Assembly (NCBI GenBank): GCA_001643675.2
Contig: LSRY02000005.1
Coordinates: forward strand, 558,001-622,000
Direction: 5' to 3'
Source of the DNA: Monocercomonoides exilis PA203
Lineage: Eukaryota > Protista > Preaxostyla
DNA length: 64,000 nt
The notes under the pieces are model-generated. The model saw nothing but the letters and a program-made list of their open reading frames with translations. It made no database searches and had not been told where the DNA came from. Made by a program: the position numbers and the translations under genes. Positions 58,151-64,000 of the stretch are shown here, piece by piece. Position 1 is the stretch's first letter. Each line of letters opens with the position of its first letter.

Positions 58151-61100
58151 TCATCTCTTTTCTCTTTTTGGCAGCTTTGTTTGCGATTCAAACTGCTTCC
58201 ACTGCTGCCTCCTCTTCTTTCTCTGCTCCCTCTCAAAGAGCTCCCTCTTTCTTTGTATTTCTTCTTGGACTCTCTTCTTTTCTTGCTTCCTCTTTTCCTC
58301 TTCTTCTTTTCGAGACAATGTCAGCTTCGAGTCTTCCTCGATCCTTTGCCTTCTTCTCTTCTCTTCTCTTTCCTTCTTCAGCTGTTCTTTCTTCTTGTCC
58401 TGCAAAAGCTTCTCTTCCGCTTCCCTCCTCCTCTGCTCCTTCAGCTCGTCCTTCATCATCTGCTCTGCCCTCATCTGCTCCCCTTGTTTCATCAGCGCCT
58501 CTCTCTTTTCTCTTCTCCTCCGCTCTTCCTCTTCTCTCTTCTTCTCTTCTCTCCTTCTTGTGCTCCTTAGCCATTTCTCCGTCTGCCTCCTCTTCCTTTC
58601 TCTTCTCCTCAGTGCTGCTTCCCTTCTCTCTGCGTCTCTTCTGTTCAGCTCTTCCAGCTTCTTCATCGCCCTCGCTCTTCTCGCCAGCCTCTCTTCTTCT
58701 GTTTCGCCTGCCCGTCTTCTTGCTCTTCTTCGAAGCATCCTCTTCTTCCTTCGCTCTAATCTCTGCTTCCTCCACTCTTTTTTCTCTTCTTCGGTCATTT
58801 CTATCAATCGCTTCTTTCTCAGCTGCCGTTTCTCTTCTTTTGACATCATAACACCTGAGGCATCTGCGTCATCTTCTGAAAAATCGCTGCTGCTCGACTC
58901 GTCATCCACAAGATCAATGAGAAGATCTGCTTCCTCATCCTCACTCAAAACATCATCATCATCATCATCACCTCCATATCCATCGCCATTTGCTCTGTTA
59001 GCGTGGTGGTGGTGATGCCTCCTTCGGCGATGCTCGCCTGTCGAAAGCTGCCCCGCTGCTCTTCTTGCTTCTCTTATCTGCTCTTTTTCTTCTCTTAGCT
59101 TCATACGATTGATCCGGCAACGATACTTCCGCTGCTTCAGAAGAGTCCGCGTTCTCCTGTCTTGCCTTGCTTCTGTTGTTTCCTTCATCCGCAATGCATA
59201 TCTTCTCTTCCTTCTTTCTCGCTTTCGAAATTCTGTCATTTTGATATGCCACAGTCGTTTTTCTTCATCATTCATATCTTTTGCCTTCTTTTGCACCCAT
59301 TTTTTCTTTCCGTCTGATCCAATCAGCGCAACCATCCCAAACTGCTTGTCTGGATTCGAAAGAGATTCATTCCGCTTCAAAAGACTGGAAATTTCTCTAT
59401 CCTCATTGATCTGGTCTTGTGTGTTGTCCAAGCCCATGTAAGCCTCAATATCCTCCGTCAGAAAATCGTCATCGTCCATCAGCTCGTCAATCTGGTCCAT
59501 TTCTTTGCCGTTCTTCATCTCCAGCTCTCCTGTTGATGCTATCCTCGCCATGCCATTCATCCGCTTCTTCTTCTTATCTGCCATCACAAGAACCGCACGT
59601 GCTCTTCTCTCTGCTCTGTCTTCAGGATCTTCAGTCATCCGAATAATCATCCGATGAGACCGCGCTTCCTCTTTCTTCATCATCTGCGCATAGATCTTCC
59701 GCCAGTTGCGCCTCTCCTCGCTGCTCATATCTCCCACTTGCTTTGCGACCCCCTTTCTTGTCCCGTCGCTCCGCAGGACAATCGCAATCCCCATTTGATC
59801 GTCTGATTCAATGCCGAAATTGTAGTGGTTTTTCGCATGAGACGTTCCGTTCATCGCTCTTGTTCCTGACTTGTTGCTACTGTCAGAATCGCTGTCACTG
59901 TCTCCATCTTCTGAATTGTTGTCAAACGACCCAAATTCATCCAGCAGGTCGTTCTCCAGCTGTATCTCTTCGCCATCTATCACATATGTATTTCCTTCCT
60001 CAGCCCCATCCTCACTCAGAAAATCAGGGTCAAGTGGATCATCCGAATCGCAGTTGAGCAGCTCACTTTCTGAATCGTCAGACAAAGCTGAGAGTATGTC
60101 AATGTCTGAGTCATAATCGTTCATATTATCGTCATCATCGCTGTCTTCATCGCGGCTGTTGCTGCGATGGCTGAGGCTTCCGCTGCTGTTGATGCTGTCT
60201 TCGTATTGTCCGTTCCGCTTCATCGATCTTCGGCGCCTCCTCTTTGCGATCATCAGTGCGTGCTCCCTTCGTTCTTCTCTGGATTCAGCTGTTTCGCTGG
60301 ATCTGACAGCATTTCTCCTCTCCACCTCGTTGCGCATCTTCATCGACTCGTACAGCTCTGTCCATTCATCCTTCTCATCTTCAGTCATCTCGCTAATGCG
60401 CTTAATCACTTTGTGTGGCTGCTCATCTAATCCAACCACAATAACAATTCCGAATTCTTCATCAGGAGCATCAGCACCAGAATCGTCTGCTCCAGCTTTT
60501 ACAACTCCACTTCCGCAGAATCTCTCCAGATCTTCTTTTGTGATGAGGTCGTTGTATGGATGTGGTGCATAATCTTCTTCCAGTCCATCTTCAGTCAAGA
60601 AATCTTCATCATATCCGTTCGCCATGATGCTTTCGTCATCTTCGCTGATGTCATTCCTCAAACAAGAGCTGCTTTCGTGGTTTCCTGATGTCTGTGACTG
60701 AATATCCGTATCTATGTTGGGGGAACGAAGACCCATTGCTTTGCTGGATCCAGAGCAAATCAGACCTGCTTCACTGCTGCACAGATTGCCCCTCAAACTG
60801 TTCTGTGACTTCGAATTCTCTTCTGAAGAATAACTGTACGCATCGTCGTCTTCGTTGTCTTCGGCAGACATCAGTGCAAGTGTCGATTGATGTTTATTCA
60901 ACTTTCTTTGCATTTCTGTCTCATTTCTTTGAGGATGCCGTTTTCTCAGCTCTTCTTTCGCTCTCCTCAATCGCTCGGCTTCTGCTACTGTCATTTCACC
61001 TCCCTCTGCTCCTTCTTCTGTAAGCTCCTGCTCTTTCTTGTTGTATGCCTTCTTTCTCCGTCTTGAGATCAGAACAACAATAATAACAATGAGCAAAACA

Positions 61101-64000
61101 GATAAAAGCACTGAAAGAATTCCTCCAACGATAGCTCCAATGATTGTTGCCATGTTCGTCAAATTCTCTTTGTCGTCTGCTTTTGCGATAATTGAGGACT
61201 TAACAAGAAGATACGATGCTGGCGAGTTTGTATCTCCACCAGAGATGGATTTTCCTTTGTAGAGCAGCTCCAATCGTACTTCAGTTGTGCGAGGAAGCAT
61301 TGTAATGATAGAAGTGGGAATCGACGCATATGCATGTGTTTCATTCACAAATGTGTGGAATCGGTAATTTTTGGTTGATTCTATTTCTTTTGTTCGATGA
61401 CCTTCGAACGAAATGTGCGACAGAGTATCAGCATTATCAATTCCTGTGTTATCAAAACTGCTTTTGTGATTCTGTTCGGATGGTTCCGTTTTGTTGGCAA
61501 TGAAAACTAACTGTAACGAAAGGTCGCAAGGCATAAGAAGTGTCCCGATTACTGTCAAATCCATTGTTGATCCATGTGTAGTATTCTCCACAGATGTAAC
61601 TGTTGGCATAAACAGATGAGATGCTCTTGTTTCTGGAAGACCATTCAGCGTGCATTCGCTGCTGTCTATCCACAGCGATGAGAGCTCTTCTTTGCCGTCG
61701 CCAAGTCTCAAACTGTTCAAGTTGATTACTCCGTTTCTGCCTTCGCAATGGATGTTTCTCCGAAACGAGGGATAGTTCGTTATTTGTGGGTTGTTTCTTT
61801 CAAACCTTCCGTTTGTGATGGTAAGCGTGCCATTGGTTACAGAAATGCCTCCATGTGTAGAGTTTGTGAACGTACAGTTTTTAAGCTGTGCGCTGCATGC
61901 TTCAAAGTGAACGATCGAATCTCCCCAAAAGCACATTTCATCAGCTGCATTTGCTGTGGACTGTGCATTTTCATTGAGTGTATTTGCCAGTTGCCCATTA
62001 AAAAGAGAAGATTCCATCAGCACAGAACTATTTGTTCCAAAAGAAACCGCTGTGCCTTTGATTGTGGATGACACAAGATGGTCAAATGTGCAGAACGAAA
62101 ATAAAGCTGAAACTCTTTCTTCACAGGAAATGGCGCAAGGTCCTTCACTTGTTCGCTTGATAGAAGAAAATGTGCACTGAGTGAATGAATGATCATAAGA
62201 TGCTTCGTTTTTGTGATAGTTTTTGCTTTCATTGTGTTTTGAGGAAGCAGTTAACGAAAGCGATGAAGATGATGACATAGAATTACATGTAGTATCTCCT
62301 GAATGAAGAAGAATAAGTGGACAGCTTGTATATATGTGAGAAATCTCAACAATTGACAGGCTCAGTTTGGCATTTGCATCTACAACAATCATCGATGAGT
62401 TAATCAGAGACGTGGATGCTTCTGTTTGATATTTTGCTGAAAACACACATTCGGAAATCATCAAAGTGCCGTTCTTTTGACGGAAAATTGTTTCGTGTTT
62501 TGCAGAAAACAAAGTAATTGAGCGCTCCAGCACAAAATTGAAGGTGCATTTATTTATTGATACATCGTTTATAACAGTTACAATGCCCACCTCTCCATAA
62601 TCTGGTGGAGGCGATGATGGAATTGTCATAACATACTCAGGAAGATCAATGAACGAAGAAAAAAGTACAGATGCTTTATTTGCATCTATTGATTCAATTG
62701 CAATATCACTCAATGTAAACAGCCCAGTCACATTTGTTGTCTGGTTGATCTTCACTGTTCCAGGTGTTCTGAATAAAAGGCGTGTTGAAGCCATGTTCAG
62801 CGTCGCACATGGTTCTTCAAGTCTTCCGCAGAGACGAGTAGCAACAGAATTGGCTGAAGAAGCAGTATATATGAGGGAATCTCGATATCCTTCAACAAAC
62901 GGAATGAGATTGAAATCAGTCACTGAATGATCAGTTACATAGAAGGAGTTTCCTGAATTGATAGACTCTTGTGACCAATCAAGATCAAAATGTTCCCAAG
63001 TAGCTTGTGTTGTATACGAATGGCAATTAATGAATAGATCGTTTGCAATAAACGCTTCATTTCCATCAAATCGAACTTTTTTCAGTGAAAAATCTAATTC
63101 AGGAAATGGATTTGGGTTTGGGCTTGTAGGATTGATGCAGTCCAAATATATTCCTCCTCCTCTTCCAATTGAAGGCGAACATCTACTCCCATAAAATGTA
63201 CAGTTGATGAAAGATAGCTGGCCATCAGAGCTCATGCAGTAATACATTCCTCCGCCTTTTTCTGACAGCTGAGAATCGGCATAGATAACATAACTATCTT
63301 GGAGTGTGCATTTTGTGGCAACAAAAGGCTCCGAAGCAATTAAGCACGGATTATTTGCAGTTTGTCTCATATTATTAAATCCGCATGTAATTAGAGAAAC
63401 TGTTGGAACATTATAAAGGGGTGATGCAAGTGCCAATATGGAAATGGCTGCATTAGATTGAAGAAATACATCATTTGCCAACAAATGACTAACCGAAAAG
63501 GAGCTAATTGATTGCTCTAACGCAAATACTGCTGTTGAAGCAAATGTCATAGAAACGATTGCAATATCCGAGAGTGTGATATCTCCTTGTCTGCAATACA
63601 GAAGCGAATAGCTGCATGTAAACAAATGTTCTTGCAACTTCATTGAGCATTTATTCATTGTGAAGCTTGCCGCCTCACAAGAAAACAGAATTGATCTGCT
63701 GTCATTCAGATCAGAAGGCAATAAAAATGATATGTTTTCAACATTTGAAGGAATAGTGAAAACAAAAAAGCCATCTTGAGCTTTTGTTACAGTGTCTGAA
63801 ACAACGACTGGAGTGTCCTCTGCATTAGCTTGCAGTTCGAAGCTTTGAGAAGTCTCGAATGTGAATGCTTCGTTCACTGAAGAGGATGAAGAAATCAAGA
63901 TGTTGCACTGATCTGCTGGAGGCGTATCAAAACGAGTGTGCATCAGATGATTTACAGAGGCGCACTTCGCTTCTGCAAATCCACATCCACTAAAATCGCT
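58151..64000 (-). CDS. Large type-I membrane protein (5'-partial) of the same ectodomain family, with a non-kinase, repeat-built charged cytoplasmic tail
   Basis: The frame is open to the window edge (SDFSGCGFAEAKC...). Shares RLCGRLEEPC, GRGGGIYL, NNPQITNYPSFRRNIHC, GDG..SSLWI and GTLLMPCDL with the other two giants. TM IIGAIVGGILSVLLSVLLIVIIVVLI is followed by SRRRKK. Confidence 0.85.
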   Translation of the reverse strand, partial: SDFSGCGFAEAKCASVNHLMHTRFDTPPADQCNILISSSSSVNEAFTFETSQSFELQANAEDTPVVVSDTVTKAQDGFFVFTIPSNVENISFLLPSDLNDSRSILFSCEAASFTMNKCSMKLQEHLFTCSYSLLYCRQGDITLSDIAIVSMTFASTAVFALEQSISSFSVSHLLANDVFLQSNAAISILALASPLYNVPTVSLITCGFNNMRQTANNPCLIASEPFVATKCTLQDSYVIYADSQLSEKGGGMYYCMSSDGQLSFINCTFYGSRCSPSIGRGGGIYLDCINPTSPNPNPFPELDFSLKKVRFDGNEAFIANDLFINCHSYTTQATWEHFDLDWSQESINSGNSFYVTDHSVTDFNLIPFVEGYRDSLIYTASSANSVATRLCGRLEEPCATLNMASTRLLFRTPGTVKINQTTNVTGLFTLSDIAIESIDANKASVLFSSFIDLPEYVMTIPSSPPPDYGEVGIVTVINDVSINKCTFNFVLERSITLFSAKHETIFRQKNGTLMISECVFSAKYQTEASTSLINSSMIVVDANAKLSLSIVEISHIYTSCPLILLHSGDTTCNSMSSSSSLSLTASSKHNESKNYHKNEASYDHSFTQCTFSSIKRTSEGPCAISCEERVSALFSFCTFDHLVSSTIKGTAVSFGTNSSVLMESSLFNGQLANTLNENAQSTANAADEMCFWGDSIVHFEACSAQLKNCTFTNSTHGGISVTNGTLTITNGRFERNNPQITNYPSFRRNIHCEGRNGVINLNSLRLGDGKEELSSLWIDSSECTLNGLPETRASHLFMPTVTSVENTTHGSTMDLTVIGTLLMPCDLSLQLVFIANKTEPSEQNHKSSFDNTGIDNADTLSHISFEGHRTKEIESTKNYRFHTFVNETHAYASIPTSIITMLPRTTEVRLELLYKGKSISGGDTNSPASYLLVKSSIIAKADDKENLTNMATIIGAIVGGILSVLLSVLLIVIIVVLISRRRKKAYNKKEQELTEEGAEGGEMTVAEAERLRRAKEELRKRHPQRNETEMQRKLNKHQSTLALMSAEDNEDDDAYSYSSEENSKSQNSLRGNLCSSEAGLICSGSSKAMGLRSPNIDTDIQSQTSGNHESSSCLRNDISEDDESIMANGYDEDFLTEDGLEEDYAPHPYNDLITKEDLERFCGSGVVKAGADDSGADAPDEEFGIVIVVGLDEQPHKVIKRISEMTEDEKDEWTELYESMKMRNEVERRNAVRSSETAESREERREHALMIAKRRRRRSMKRNGQYEDSINSSGSLSHRSNSRDEDSDDDDNMNDYDSDIDILSALSDDSESELLNCDSDDPLDPDFLSEDGAEEGNTYVIDGEEIQLENDLLDEFGSFDNNSEDGDSDSDSDSSNKSGTRAMNGTSHAKNHYNFGIESDDQMGIAIVLRSDGTRKGVAKQVGDMSSEERRNWRKIYAQMMKKEEARSHRMIIRMTEDPEDRAERRARAVLVMADKKKKRMNGMARIASTGELEMKNGKEMDQIDELMDDDDFLTEDIEAYMGLDNTQDQINEDREISSLLKRNESLSNPDKQFGMVALIGSDGKKKWVQKKAKDMNDEEKRLWHIKMTEFRKRERRKRRYALRMKETTEARQDRRTRTLLKQRKYRCRINRMKLREEKEQIREARRAAGQLSTGEHRRRRHHHHHANRANGDGYGGDDDDDDVLSEDEEADLLIDLVDDESSSSDFSEDDADASGVMMSKEEKRQLRKKRLIEMTEEEKKEWRKQRLERRKKRMLRRRARRRAGETEEERLARRARAMKKLEELNRRDAERREAALRRRERKRRQTEKWLRSTRRREEKKREEEERRRREKREALMKQGEQMRAEQMMKDELKEQRRREAEEKLLQDKKKEQLKKEREEKRRRQRIEEDSKLTLSRKEEEEKRKQEKKRVQEEIQRKRELFEREQRKKRRQQWKQFESQTKLPKREKR

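Noticed and set aside
631-63194. Numerous 60-400 aa antisense or alternate-frame ORFs overlapping the large genes
   Set aside because: Expected shadows of purine-rich, low-complexity coding strands; none shows recognisable motifs.

Overview
AT-rich, intron-containing eukaryotic DNA using the standard code (TAA, TAG and TGA all end genes). Gene content and style resemble an oxymonad such as Monocercomonoides; this is inference, not verified. Housekeeping genes: a SNF2/ISWI-like remodeller with PHD fingers, GGTase-I beta, lipin/Pah1, a membrane-anchored S41 peptidase and a dually acylated low-complexity protein. Three giant type-I membrane proteins share a Cys-knuckle/beta-helix modular ectodomain. 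Two end in a near-identical GC-rich C-lobe-only pseudokinase cassette plus 3'UTR; the third has an unrelated repeat-built tail. An accessory island (~29.1-50.0 kb) holds an intact TA-flanked Tc1/IS630-type transposon (DD33E) and two 396-bp almost fully palindromic TA-flanked foldback elements whose arms co-vary. It also holds a probable degenerate TIR element, a ~4000-codon receptor gene broken by one in-frame TGA, and a mosaic of gene fragments bracketed by arrays of a 12-bp palindrome. The most promising systems are the mosaic, cassette-swapped receptor-pseudokinase family and the self-homogenising foldback family.
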